Assembly: GCA_964470815.1 (NCBI GenBank)
Contig: CAYYEH010000010.1
Span: forward strand, 1-56,684
Source of the DNA: an uncultured Rikenella sp.
GTDB taxonomy: Bacteria > Bacteroidota > Bacteroidia > Bacteroidales > VadinHA17
Length of the DNA: 56,684 bases
Direction: 5' to 3'
Shown here: positions 8,975 through 17,893 of the stretch, piece after piece
Numbering within the stretch: position 1 is the first letter of the stretch
How the letters are laid out: the number at the start of each line of letters is the position of its first letter
Notes under the pieces: generated by a model
Databases searched by the model: none
Told to the model about the DNA's origin: nothing
Seen by the model: the letters and a program-made list of their open reading frames with translations, nothing else
Translations under genes and position numbers: made by a program

Positions 8975-9178
8975 ATGGAGATCACACTTAACAATGAACC
9001 CCTGGCGCTGGACGGTGAGAGTGTCACCGTTGAAAAACTGCTTGAGCTGAAGAGATATACCTTCAGGTTGAGGATAGTGAAGGTCAACGGGCGGCTCATT
9101 GACCGTGACAGCTATGCGCAGGAGGTGATCCGCGACGGAGACACGGTTCAGGTGATCTATCTGATGAGCGGAGGATGA
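8975..9178 (+). CDS. thiS: ThiS/MoaD-family sulfur carrier
   Basis: 67-aa beta-grasp protein, VKVNG...RDGDTV, ending in the C-terminal Gly-Gly. Confidence 0.85.
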   Translation: MEITLNNEPLALDGESVTVEKLLELKRYTFRLRIVKVNGRLIDRDSYAQEVIRDGDTVQVIYLMSGG

Positions 9179-9627
9179 CGGCAAACAGGGACAAAAACAA
9201 AGACAACAGCCGGAACGGCGATTTCTGGCAGCGGTTTACTCTTGCAGCCCTGCTTGAAAGGATGCCGTCATGGATGAAGAACAAGTATATCCTTACCATA
9301 CTTGTATTTCTTGTATGGATCATCCTGCTTGATCCCAACAATCTGATTTCGCGGGTACGCGAGATAAGGGCTCTCAAAAGGCTGGAGCAGGAGAAGGAGT
9401 ACTACATGGCCCGCATAGAAGAGGACCGCCGCAAGCTCAATGAGCTGAGGACAAGCAACGAGAACCTCGAGAAGTATGCGCGGGAACAGTATCGTATGAA
9501 GAGGCCTGATGAGGACCTGTTCATCATCGTCACCCCTGACCAGGAACGGAAGATCAGGCGTGAGCGCAAGGTGTCAAAAACACCGAAGCCCGCGGATAAG
9601 CGGGCCTCGGTGAAATCACGGGAATAG
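9175..9627 (+). CDS. Septum formation initiator (FtsB/DivIC family)
   Basis: KNKY..T..FLVWI..LD.N, coiled coil, LEKYAREQYRMKRPDED. Confidence 0.85.
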   Translation: MTANRDKNKDNSRNGDFWQRFTLAALLERMPSWMKNKYILTILVFLVWIILLDPNNLISRVREIRALKRLEQEKEYYMARIEEDRRKLNELRTSNENLEKYAREQYRMKRPDEDLFIIVTPDQERKIRRERKVSKTPKPADKRASVKSRE

Positions 9628-9630
9628 TGA

Positions 9631-10236
9631 TTATTTTTTTGCCTTTTCAGCGTTGTATTTGGCATTCAGCCCTGCAATCACATCGGCAGTCACATCAAGT
9701 GATGTGTCACTGTAAAGGATTGGGCCGGGGAACTGTTTTGCCAGGATGTACTGGAATCCGCGGTCAGCATTGAATTCTGCCAGGTACATGTTTATATACT
9801 CGAGCACCTGCCTCTGAGCCACGAGTGACTCCTCGTTGAGGTTATATGCCATCTCGTCACGCCTTGCCAGCAGTGTCTGCTGCTGCTGCTGAAGTGTCTG
9901 TTCCATCTCAGCGGCAGTGGCCCTGGTGACCAGTCCTTTCTGTACCTTGTTCTGGAAGTCCCTTACATCACGGTCAAATGCCTGCGACTTTGATGCAAGC
10001 TCCGCCTCTGAACTTTTTGTTTTCTCTTCAAGCTCTGTTGCCTTGTCTTTGGCCATATCAAAGTTGGCTATGACTGAATCGAGCTCAACATATGCTATGC
10101 CGCCGTGATTCCTGTTTGCCGCCGCCTCGTTTACGCCGGCCGGCTTGTTCTTTCCGCAGCCTGCCATCATGAGTGCTCCGGCAGCGATAAGAGTTGTAAC
10201 TATCAGGGTGTTCCTTGCAACTGAAATTCTATTCAT
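9631..10236 (-). CDS. OmpH/Skp-like chaperone (lipoprotein-type)
   Basis: Lipobox MAGC, IAYVELDS, helical tentacles, ..DVT..VI.GLN. Confidence 0.85.
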   Translation of the reverse strand: MNRISVARNTLIVTTLIAAGALMMAGCGKNKPAGVNEAAANRNHGGIAYVELDSVIANFDMAKDKATELEEKTKSSEAELASKSQAFDRDVRDFQNKVQKGLVTRATAAEMEQTLQQQQQTLLARRDEMAYNLNEESLVAQRQVLEYINMYLAEFNADRGFQYILAKQFPGPILYSDTSLDVTADVIAGLNAKYNAEKAKK

Positions 10237-10407
10237 CTTAAAGACTTGGGTTATGGTTCAACAAATTGTTGCACAAACATACATAAATTTTAAATACCAA
10301 AAAGGCAGAAGGAAGGTGAGGCAACTGGCAGGCGGAACCTGACCCTGAATGCGTGTCAGCGGATTTTGTGCGAGAGAGTGCTGGTACGGCAAAGGGTATG
10401 AAAGTGA

Positions 10408-11409
10408 TCAGAATTCGGGGCAGGGGATTGCGTGGATCTTTCCGCCGCGCTTCACCTGTGAAGAGGTAAAGGAATAAATCAGCGATATCTCATATGCGCC
10501 GCCTGAAGAGGTGATGAGGTTGGAGATGGTAAAATCATAGCTGAGGCCAATATTCAGCTGGTCAGTCTTGATTCCGAGCATCCCGATGATGGCATCGCCT
10601 GCCTGGGCTGACACCTCCTTCGATGTGGCAAAAGGTATTCCCCTGTACCAGACTCCGAAGACCAGGGGGTTCTTGTAGTAATAGAATCCGATGTCAGACT
10701 GGAAAAAATCACCCTGGAACATCACGTTGCCGGCAACAGACAGGACCTCCTCCAGTTTCTTCCTCAGCCTGCCGCGGCTGATGATCTGGAATCCACCGAA
10801 GAGATCGACCTTTACGGGAACTGAGTTATTGTCACCCCAGAAAGATGTTCTGGGCCTGAGGAGATGGTCAACGGTAAAGCCTCCCCATATCTTCTCGTTA
10901 TAAGCCAGCCCTGATACCGCAAAGTCTATGTCAGCAACGTTGTCGAATGGAGGGGGGGTGATTGGAGGAAGTGTTCCTCCGGTTGTAATCTGGCTGTTCC
11001 ATACCAGTTTGGTGAGATCGAGTCCGAGGTAGGTGAATTTAAAATTGACGCCGGGTCTGATATGCCATTCATCATTCAACTGTATATCATACGAATAGAG
11101 TAGCCCGAGATTAGTGGTGCTCAGGTCGCCTGAACCTGCCACATCATAGGTTGCAAGTATTCCGATGCCGGAGTTGAAGTTTGGTACTGCCTTGTCAAAT
11201 GAGACGCTGTAGGTATGGAATACTCCCGGAATTGAAGGCCACTGGTTTCTCCAGTTGAGTGAAAAACGGTAATCCTCCGTGGCTCCTGCAAAGGAAGGAG
11301 CCAGGTAAAGCTGGTTGGCATAGAACTGTGAGAACTGGGGGTCCTGGCCTTTCAGAACGAATGATACTAAAAGCAGCAGGCCTGTCAGATATTTAGCTTT
11401 TAAGGGCAA
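10408..11409 (-). CDS. PorP/SprF-family T9SS membrane protein
   Basis: QDPQFSQFY...L.PSFAG, RNQWP, GLSYDFTIS.L...GG.YEISL. Confidence 0.9.
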   Translation of the reverse strand: MPLKAKYLTGLLLLVSFVLKGQDPQFSQFYANQLYLAPSFAGATEDYRFSLNWRNQWPSIPGVFHTYSVSFDKAVPNFNSGIGILATYDVAGSGDLSTTNLGLLYSYDIQLNDEWHIRPGVNFKFTYLGLDLTKLVWNSQITTGGTLPPITPPPFDNVADIDFAVSGLAYNEKIWGGFTVDHLLRPRTSFWGDNNSVPVKVDLFGGFQIISRGRLRKKLEEVLSVAGNVMFQGDFFQSDIGFYYYKNPLVFGVWYRGIPFATSKEVSAQAGDAIIGMLGIKTDQLNIGLSYDFTISNLITSSGGAYEISLIYSFTSSQVKRGGKIHAIPCPEF

Positions 11410-11541
11410 TCCGGATAAATTTTAGTTACACAAAGTAGCTAATTATACGGCCCAAATTCAGGAAGGTTACATCAAATTATATCAACAATCTGAAGGTAAA
11501 CTGCCCGAGATATCAACAACAGACCCTTAGTATACTAATGA

Positions 11542-12843
11542 TCAATAATTTATAAGCGTCACATCACCTGCCATAATGAATGTCTGGCCATTCCTGTATG
11601 TTCCCCTGACCTTCCACACGTATACACCGGGAGCGCATAGTTCGCCCCTGTAGTATCCGTCCCATCCCAGTTCAATATCATTGCTCTCAAATACAAGCAT
11701 GCCAGCCTTACTGTATATTTTCAGGTTGTATGAGACTATTCCTGAGGCGACGGGGTGAAATACCTGGCTCTCCTCATCGGTGCGCTGGTTGTAATATCCT
11801 CCGGTAGGGCCTCCGCTGTTGGGGACGAAGGCATTGGGGAACCTGATATACAATCCCCTGTCGGTGAAGAGGTCGGTTACGGTCAGTGAGTCTGCACAGC
11901 CATCGGCCGACCAGGCCACGAGTTTAACATCGAAGACACCCATAGACCGGTATTTGTATGACGGGTCAGAGAGGGTGGAGAAGGTTCCGTCTCCGAAGTC
12001 CCACAGGTAATTCACCGCACCGGTGGAGAGGTTATCGAACTGAACCCTGTCACCCTGGTCCCATGAGTCGTCGCGGATCACCTCGAAGGCTGCCTTGGGC
12101 CTGTCCCATACCTCAATCAGTACTGATGCATCTGTTGTGCGGCCCCTGCTGTCGGTTGCTGTGATGGTCACACGATAAGTGCCGGGTATATCAAATATGT
12201 AATCCGGATTTCTGAGTGATGAAGTCCCGCCGTCCCCGAAATTCCAGTTTAACCTGATGCCGTCACCGGCGTTGGTGGTGAAGGTTACGTGCAGCGGGAT
12301 GCATCCGGATGTTACGGATGGTTCAACTGAGAGCGGGTATAAGGGTGAAGTGACGGCAGCTTCTCTTGCGTTGTCGATGGTGCTGACGGAGATTGTTTCC
12401 GAGGCGGATCTGCCGGAGGTGATTACTGATTCACGGCTGACGGTTTCACCGACAGGCGGTGTTGCATGCCCGGACACGCTTTCCGGTACCTGGTCCGGTT
12501 TATTTGCACCTTCTGCCGAATCTGCTTTTACCTGATCCTCCCTCTGGCCGCTGCCGGGGTCAGTGGTTACTGCTTCTGCTGGTACCGGCCGGTTATCCGG
12601 GATGGTTGTTCCGTCATCATTGCCGGTTACGGAGAACAGAATTACACCGGCTGCTGTCAGTCCGGCCATTGCAGCGGTCAGGTAATATATATTGAATCGT
12701 GAGATGTTGAAGCGGAAGAACTCTCTTCGCTCCAGGCGGCGCATAAAACGGCCTGTAAGGTCGCTTCCTGCAACCAGCTCATTCTCCTCCAGCTTGTCGC
12801 GGAAAAGATTTTCAAGACCGTTATCCCTTTCCTCTTCTGTCAT
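11542..12843 (-). CDS. PKD-domain protein with T9SS type-B C-terminal domain and anti-sigma-like N-terminus
   Basis: Two WNFGDG/WDFGDG PKD repeats. CTD: FPNAFVPN...IYSKAG.LVFES...GWDG...GVYVW. N-terminus LENLFRDKLEE followed by a TM helix. Confidence 0.85.
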   Translation of the reverse strand: MTEEERDNGLENLFRDKLEENELVAGSDLTGRFMRRLERREFFRFNISRFNIYYLTAAMAGLTAAGVILFSVTGNDDGTTIPDNRPVPAEAVTTDPGSGQREDQVKADSAEGANKPDQVPESVSGHATPPVGETVSRESVITSGRSASETISVSTIDNAREAAVTSPLYPLSVEPSVTSGCIPLHVTFTTNAGDGIRLNWNFGDGGTSSLRNPDYIFDIPGTYRVTITATDSRGRTTDASVLIEVWDRPKAAFEVIRDDSWDQGDRVQFDNLSTGAVNYLWDFGDGTFSTLSDPSYKYRSMGVFDVKLVAWSADGCADSLTVTDLFTDRGLYIRFPNAFVPNSGGPTGGYYNQRTDEESQVFHPVASGIVSYNLKIYSKAGMLVFESNDIELGWDGYYRGELCAPGVYVWKVRGTYRNGQTFIMAGDVTLINY

Positions 12844-12850
12844 CTTCTTT

Positions 12851-13405
12851 TCAAAAAAATTTCCCCCTGGCGCGCGCCAGGTCTCCGAGTTTTTTTCTGA
12901 GCGCTGCCCTGGCCCTGCTGTATTGTGATTTAGAAGTATTTACGTCAATCCCCAGCATCTCTGCTATTTCATGGTGTTTATACCCCTCGATGGTATAAAG
13001 GTTAAACACCATTCTGTATCCCGGTGAGAGGCCTGCAAGAACACGGTACAGATCCTCCGCGTTGCAGAAGTCCTCCTCAAAGCCGGCAGTTCCCGTCTCG
13101 GTGCTCACGTACTCATCGATGTCAACCTGGTGCTTGTGCTTAAGGTTTCTGTGCCAGTACGTTATGGCGGTGTTTACCGTGACCCTTCTCAACCATGCCC
13201 TGAAAGAACCGGTACCCTCATACTCCCCGAGATTGAAATAAATCTTCAGGAAAGCCTCCTGCAACATATCTTCAGCCTCAGGCCTGTCAGTGGCATATCT
13301 CATGCAGATGCCCAGAAGGTATCCGGAATACTGTTTCCACAGGGCCTGCTGCGCCTTTCTGTTGTGCCTGATACAGCCATCAATGATATGTTGTTCACTC
13401 ATCAT
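12851..13405 (-). CDS. ECF sigma-70 factor
   Basis: AEDMLQEAF, F.AWLRRVTVN, LSPGYRMVFNLY.IEGY.H.EIA..LGI...TSKSQYSRA. ATG 13405 is preferred because TTG 13429 overlaps the predicted -10 element. Confidence 0.92.
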   Translation of the reverse strand: MMSEQHIIDGCIRHNRKAQQALWKQYSGYLLGICMRYATDRPEAEDMLQEAFLKIYFNLGEYEGTGSFRAWLRRVTVNTAITYWHRNLKHKHQVDIDEYVSTETGTAGFEEDFCNAEDLYRVLAGLSPGYRMVFNLYTIEGYKHHEIAEMLGIDVNTSKSQYSRARAALRKKLGDLARARGKFF

Positions 13406-13424
13406 CAGCTGAGCACAGTGAGAA

Positions 13425-13451
13425 GACAATGGATAATAGCAAATGGTTGCA
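13425..13451 (-). promoter_or_regulatory. Putative ECF promoter (autoregulatory)
   Basis: Minus strand TGCAAC-N16-TTGTC, matching the sites at 51872 and 54215. Confidence 0.5.
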
Positions 13452-13509
13452 CGGGGCGGGATTTTTTTTCAAAATAAGGAAAAAAATGTATTAAATCATG
13501 GAATGCCTC

Positions 13510-13553
13510 TGATATAGGTCATTGAATCGGAGGGATGTTCAGGCTTACTTTTG
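13510..13553 (+). promoter_or_regulatory. Promoter with Crp/Fnr-like box for the fused oxidoreductase-proDH operon
   Basis: TGATATAGGTCA (13510-21), then 24 nt, then TACTTTTG (13546-53). Confidence 0.6.
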
Positions 13554-13584
13554 AGAACTGAACCAGAATGTGAAAGTGAATTAT

Positions 13585-16500
13585 ATGAGCAGAATTTTAC
13601 AGCATCCGATTCTTGACATCCCTCGTGCGGAAGAGACCGGCTTTATTTACAATGGAAGGTCTGTGAAGGGAATGAAGGGATTCACCATAGCGGCTGCTTT
13701 GCACCAGGCAGGGTTTCCGGTGCACACGCACAGTCTTGACAACCGCAATCGCAGCCTGGAATGCGGCATTGGCAAGTGCGGAGCTTGCGAGATGCTTGTT
13801 GACGGAGTGGTGAGGCGTATCTGCATCACTCCCGTTGATAGTGTCAGGGAGGTGACCGAGATACCGGCAGGATACCAGCCGGCTACCGCCCCAAAGGCCA
13901 ACGGTGCAGCCAGGAAAGTCTTTCGCACCACGGTGGCCATCGCCGGTGCAGGACCGGCAGGACTTGCAGCAAGGGAAGTACTGAACAAACATGGTATCCC
14001 CAACCTTGTGATCGACAGCAACGACCACATCGGAGGGCAGTTTCTCATGCAGACTCACCAGTTCTTCTTTTTCGAGAAGGAACAGAAGTTTGGAGGCATG
14101 AGAGGTTTTGACATTGCGAAAACACTGGCGGGGGAGTCACAGGATGGGATCATGCTCAATTCAACCATCTGGGACATACTTGAGGGTCAGCGGATAGCCG
14201 CGAAGAACATGCGCACCGGCGAGATCTTCTACGTTGATGCACAGTACCTGATCGTCGCCACGGGAGCGGTGCCCTTCATGCCAGCCTTCGGCAACGACGA
14301 TCTGCCCGGAGTATATACTGCAGCAGTGGTGCAGAAGATGATGAACCAGGAATTGACTCTCCTTGGTAAAAACATACTGACAGTGGGTGCCGGAAATATC
14401 GGTTACCTCACCTCCTACCAGCTGATGCAGGCCGGAGCGAAGGTGAAGGCGATCATCGAGGCAATGCCTTACGAGGGAGGGTTCCCCGTACAGGCCAACA
14501 GAGTAAGGAGACTGGGAATTCCCGTCATCCTTTCGCATATGCTTGTCAGGGCCATCCCGAACAGTACCAATGACGGTATCTGCGGGGCGGTGATAGCCGA
14601 GTGTAGCGACTTCACCCCGGTGCCGGGAACAGAAAAGATAATCGAAGGGATTGATGCCATTAACATATGCACAGGTTTGATTCCTGACAACCAGCTTCTC
14701 ATCAAGGGCCGTGAAGTATTCGCGACCAGGGTATACGCCGCCGGTGACGCCATGCGGATCGGCGAGGGGACTACGGCAGTACTTCGCGGCAAGCAGGCCG
14801 CCATGGAGATAATCCAGGAGATGGGAGTGCGCAGCAACTACAGTGAATACCTCTCACTCTCAAAGGAATACATTGATTCACAGCAGCATCCGGCAAGGAT
14901 AATTGAGAACCCGTTTATGCCGGACGAGGCCAGGATGAATGCCAGGCCGTTCGTGATAATTGACTGTCTCTACAGCTTCGCCTGCAACCCATGCCAGTTT
15001 GCATGCCCTCACGGGGCGATAACAAAGGCCTCGCCTGACACCGTTCCGTCAATCGACTTTGAGAAATGCACCGGATGCCTCAGGTGCGTTTACCAGTGCC
15101 CGGGACTGGCCATTTTTGGTTATAACCTCCCAAAGAATCAGCTCTTCCTGCCGGTGGAATATTTTGTAGATGAGGGTGCAGAGGTTTACCTCGTTGACAA
15201 TGACGGAAGGAAGGTCGGTGAAGGGGTGATAGAGAAGGTGTTGATGAAACCGAACAAAACAAATGTTGCAAGGGTAAGGGCAACCAGCCCGAAGGGAAAG
15301 GATATCGTTGCAGCACGTGGTTTCATCATGAAGGAAAGTTACCCTGTGGCGGTGACATTTACCCCTGCAGCGGAGACTGAATCAAAGGAATACATCTGTC
15401 ACTGTGAGGATGTGAAGCTTGAGGAAATAATGGCCATCATCGGTGACAGGAAGTACATCTCGGTTGATGAGATCAAGCACACCACCCGGCTGGGTATGGG
15501 TCCGTGTCGGGGCAAACGTTGCATAAGGAGGCTCTCGATGCTGCTCAGGCCCATGGGCATTGAAATTGTTGGTGACGCCACCCCCAGGGCCCCGCTGTCG
15601 AACCAGATCACCATGGGTGAGCTCTTACCACAGAAGACCCCTGAGATCATTATAACTCCCGGTACCAGGAAGAAGGTGAAGACGGGTGCTCTGGTGGCAG
15701 GCGGAGGAATCACCGGCAGCGCACTGCTCCGTTACCTTGCCGCGGCGGGCATGAATCCTGTGCTCATCAATCATGACCGCGGATCATCATGGCGAAACAT
15801 AGCAGGCGGCAGACCCAACTTCAGTGTTCCGGAGCTCTCTGAAATAGCAAGACAGAACCATGAGATATTCAAAGAGCTGCAGAAAATCGGCGAAACAAAC
15901 TACAGGGAAATAAAGTATGTGACCTTCGCCCATGACGATGCAATGATGAGCCAGCTTGAAGCCTCACTGGCATGGTCAGACGGAGAGATCGTGCTCCCGG
16001 AAGACTATGCTGAAAAGATTGCCCCGGGTATAAATCCTGAACTAAAAAAGAAATATAAGGCAGCACTGGTGACAAATGACTGCTGGCAGGCCACACCCGG
16101 AAAGGTCATCGACCTCATCAGACACCTCGGTTTACTGGCCGGAGGAATCGTGGAAGAAGACAGCACCGTCACGGCGGTGAGCCGCAACGGAAGTGAATAC
16201 AGCATTATAGTCCGGAACCACATGGGTGAATACGTGGAGTATGAGACCCCGGTGTTCGTCAATGCAATGGGGGCACACGGCGAGGATTTTGCACGCAGCC
16301 TCGGAATATATACTGGAACCTACGGAGTGCGTCACCAGGCGTTCATCACACGGCGACTACCCATGATGGGACCCGGCAACACACCGTTGCCGATGCTGAT
16401 AGACCGCCGTCACTACAAGGGATTTGTCGCAGTATACGGCCAGCAGCTTGGTGAGACAGGACAGATTATCGGCTGTGCCTCGCCGGCTTTTGAACCCGCA

Positions 16501-16809
16501 GAGACAGGACGAAACCTGAAAATAAACAGCAAGGATTTCATGGAGATAGTGTCAGAGGTATTCACCTCATGGCTGCCCGGGTTATCATCTGCAGGATTCC
16601 AGTCGCTCTGGAGCGGTTACTACACCGAGCCGAGGATGTACATCGATCCGGAACATGGTCTCTTCCTCGGACTTCGCGGACAGGGTTACATGCTGGGTCA
16701 GTACCTGGCGAAATTGTATGTTGACAAGCTGACGGGACGTGAAGTTCCTGCATATTTCAGCAGGTTGTCACTGAAGGGTGACGGGTTACCGGAGAAGGCA
16801 TTCAAATAG
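13585..16809 (+). CDS. Fused multi-domain Fe-S flavoprotein (sarcosine oxidase / dye-linked proline dehydrogenase-like)
   Basis: 2Fe-2S (CGIGKCGAC...C), GAGPAG FAD domain, two 4Fe-4S motifs (CNPCQFACP, CTGCLRCVYQCP), BFD-like (ICHCEDV...GPCRGKRC) and DAO-type (GGGITG) domains. Confidence 0.85.
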   Translation: MSRILQHPILDIPRAEETGFIYNGRSVKGMKGFTIAAALHQAGFPVHTHSLDNRNRSLECGIGKCGACEMLVDGVVRRICITPVDSVREVTEIPAGYQPATAPKANGAARKVFRTTVAIAGAGPAGLAAREVLNKHGIPNLVIDSNDHIGGQFLMQTHQFFFFEKEQKFGGMRGFDIAKTLAGESQDGIMLNSTIWDILEGQRIAAKNMRTGEIFYVDAQYLIVATGAVPFMPAFGNDDLPGVYTAAVVQKMMNQELTLLGKNILTVGAGNIGYLTSYQLMQAGAKVKAIIEAMPYEGGFPVQANRVRRLGIPVILSHMLVRAIPNSTNDGICGAVIAECSDFTPVPGTEKIIEGIDAINICTGLIPDNQLLIKGREVFATRVYAAGDAMRIGEGTTAVLRGKQAAMEIIQEMGVRSNYSEYLSLSKEYIDSQQHPARIIENPFMPDEARMNARPFVIIDCLYSFACNPCQFACPHGAITKASPDTVPSIDFEKCTGCLRCVYQCPGLAIFGYNLPKNQLFLPVEYFVDEGAEVYLVDNDGRKVGEGVIEKVLMKPNKTNVARVRATSPKGKDIVAARGFIMKESYPVAVTFTPAAETESKEYICHCEDVKLEEIMAIIGDRKYISVDEIKHTTRLGMGPCRGKRCIRRLSMLLRPMGIEIVGDATPRAPLSNQITMGELLPQKTPEIIITPGTRKKVKTGALVAGGGITGSALLRYLAAAGMNPVLINHDRGSSWRNIAGGRPNFSVPELSEIARQNHEIFKELQKIGETNYREIKYVTFAHDDAMMSQLEASLAWSDGEIVLPEDYAEKIAPGINPELKKKYKAALVTNDCWQATPGKVIDLIRHLGLLAGGIVEEDSTVTAVSRNGSEYSIIVRNHMGEYVEYETPVFVNAMGAHGEDFARSLGIYTGTYGVRHQAFITRRLPMMGPGNTPLPMLIDRRHYKGFVAVYGQQLGETGQIIGCASPAFEPAETGRNLKINSKDFMEIVSEVFTSWLPGLSSAGFQSLWSGYYTEPRMYIDPEHGLFLGLRGQGYMLGQYLAKLYVDKLTGREVPAYFSRLSLKGDGLPEKAFK

Positions 16810-16853
16810 TTTTTTCATATCTTTGAACGCCGTTATTAAAATTATAACCACAG

Positions 16854-17765
16854 ATGTTCAACAAGTTCATTGCCTCCATCCTTCCGTACTTTCCGAAGAA
16901 ATTCATCTGGATCTTTTCGCGTGCATATATCTCCGGTGTGACAATGGGTGATGCCATGCGAGTATCAAAGGAACTTAATTCCCAGGGAATAAAGGTCACC
17001 CTTGACGTGCTGGGTGAGTTCATAAAATCACTTGATGAGGCTGAGGCCAACAAGCAGGAGTATCTTGAGCTGATTGAAGAGACCCAGAAGCAGGGTATTG
17101 ACGGCAACTATTCACTTAAGCCTACCAGCTTTGGCCTCCTGATTGATAAGGAGGTTTGCTACAGGCTGATGCGAGAGATAGTGGTAAAGGCAGCGTCATA
17201 CAATAATTTCTGCAGGATAGACATGGAGGACTCACCGTGTACCGACATGGAGATTGAACTTTACAGAAGACTTCATGCCGAGTTCCCGAAGAATGTCGGG
17301 CTGGTTGTACAGGCATATCTCAGGAGGACCCTCGGTGATCTTGAGAACATGCTTGACATGAATACCCCAGAGATACCCGCCAGCTATCGTCTCTGCAAGG
17401 GTATCTATATTGAGCCGGCCGAGATAGCATTCAAGAAATATGAGGAGATCAACCAGCACTTCCTGGAGGATCTCGAGTTCATGTTCCGCAATAAGATTTA
17501 TGTCGGCATTGCCACCCATGACAAGCCGCTGATTGAAGGGGCTTACGAACTGATCAGGAGATACAATGTCCCGAAGAACATGTACGAATTCCAGATGCTT
17601 TACGGCGTAACACCGAAGCTCCGTAAGAGCATCGTTGACGCCGGTCATGTGATGAGGGTCTACGTGCCCTTCGGGGAAAAGTGGTTTGGTTATTCAACCA
17701 GGCGTCTTAAGGAGAATCCCAAAATCGCCAGCCATATCATTAAGGCGCTGTTTGTAAAGGGCTGA
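16854..17765 (+). CDS. Monofunctional proline dehydrogenase
   Basis: LDVLGE, SLKPT, RIDMED, QAYLRR, RLCKGIY, IATHD, EFQMLYG, VYVPFG..WFGY.TRRLKE. Confidence 0.95.
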   Translation: MFNKFIASILPYFPKKFIWIFSRAYISGVTMGDAMRVSKELNSQGIKVTLDVLGEFIKSLDEAEANKQEYLELIEETQKQGIDGNYSLKPTSFGLLIDKEVCYRLMREIVVKAASYNNFCRIDMEDSPCTDMEIELYRRLHAEFPKNVGLVVQAYLRRTLGDLENMLDMNTPEIPASYRLCKGIYIEPAEIAFKKYEEINQHFLEDLEFMFRNKIYVGIATHDKPLIEGAYELIRRYNVPKNMYEFQMLYGVTPKLRKSIVDAGHVMRVYVPFGEKWFGYSTRRLKENPKIASHIIKALFVKG

Positions 17766-17774
17766 TTATCAAGT

Positions 17775-17893
17775 AGCAGGAAACAGGCAAGAGGCATTAG
17801 TGAAAAGAGTGCCTTCACTGCAGTTTCTGAATGAATCATGTCAACCCTGTTGCCTCTTGGGTCTTGCCTAATATATCTTTCCTAATGCCTGAT
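17775..17893. repeat. Inverted pair of 7-nt-period arrays
   Basis: Plus arm AGCAGGA AACAGGC AAGAGGC ATTAGTG AAAAGAG. Minus arm ATCAGGC ATTAGGA AAGATAT ATTAGGC AAGACCC AAGAGGC AACAGGG. Confidence 0.7.

Noticed and set aside
10320-10375. TPP-riboswitch-like GAACCTGA
   Set aside because: The remaining conserved elements are missing and no gene follows on that strand.
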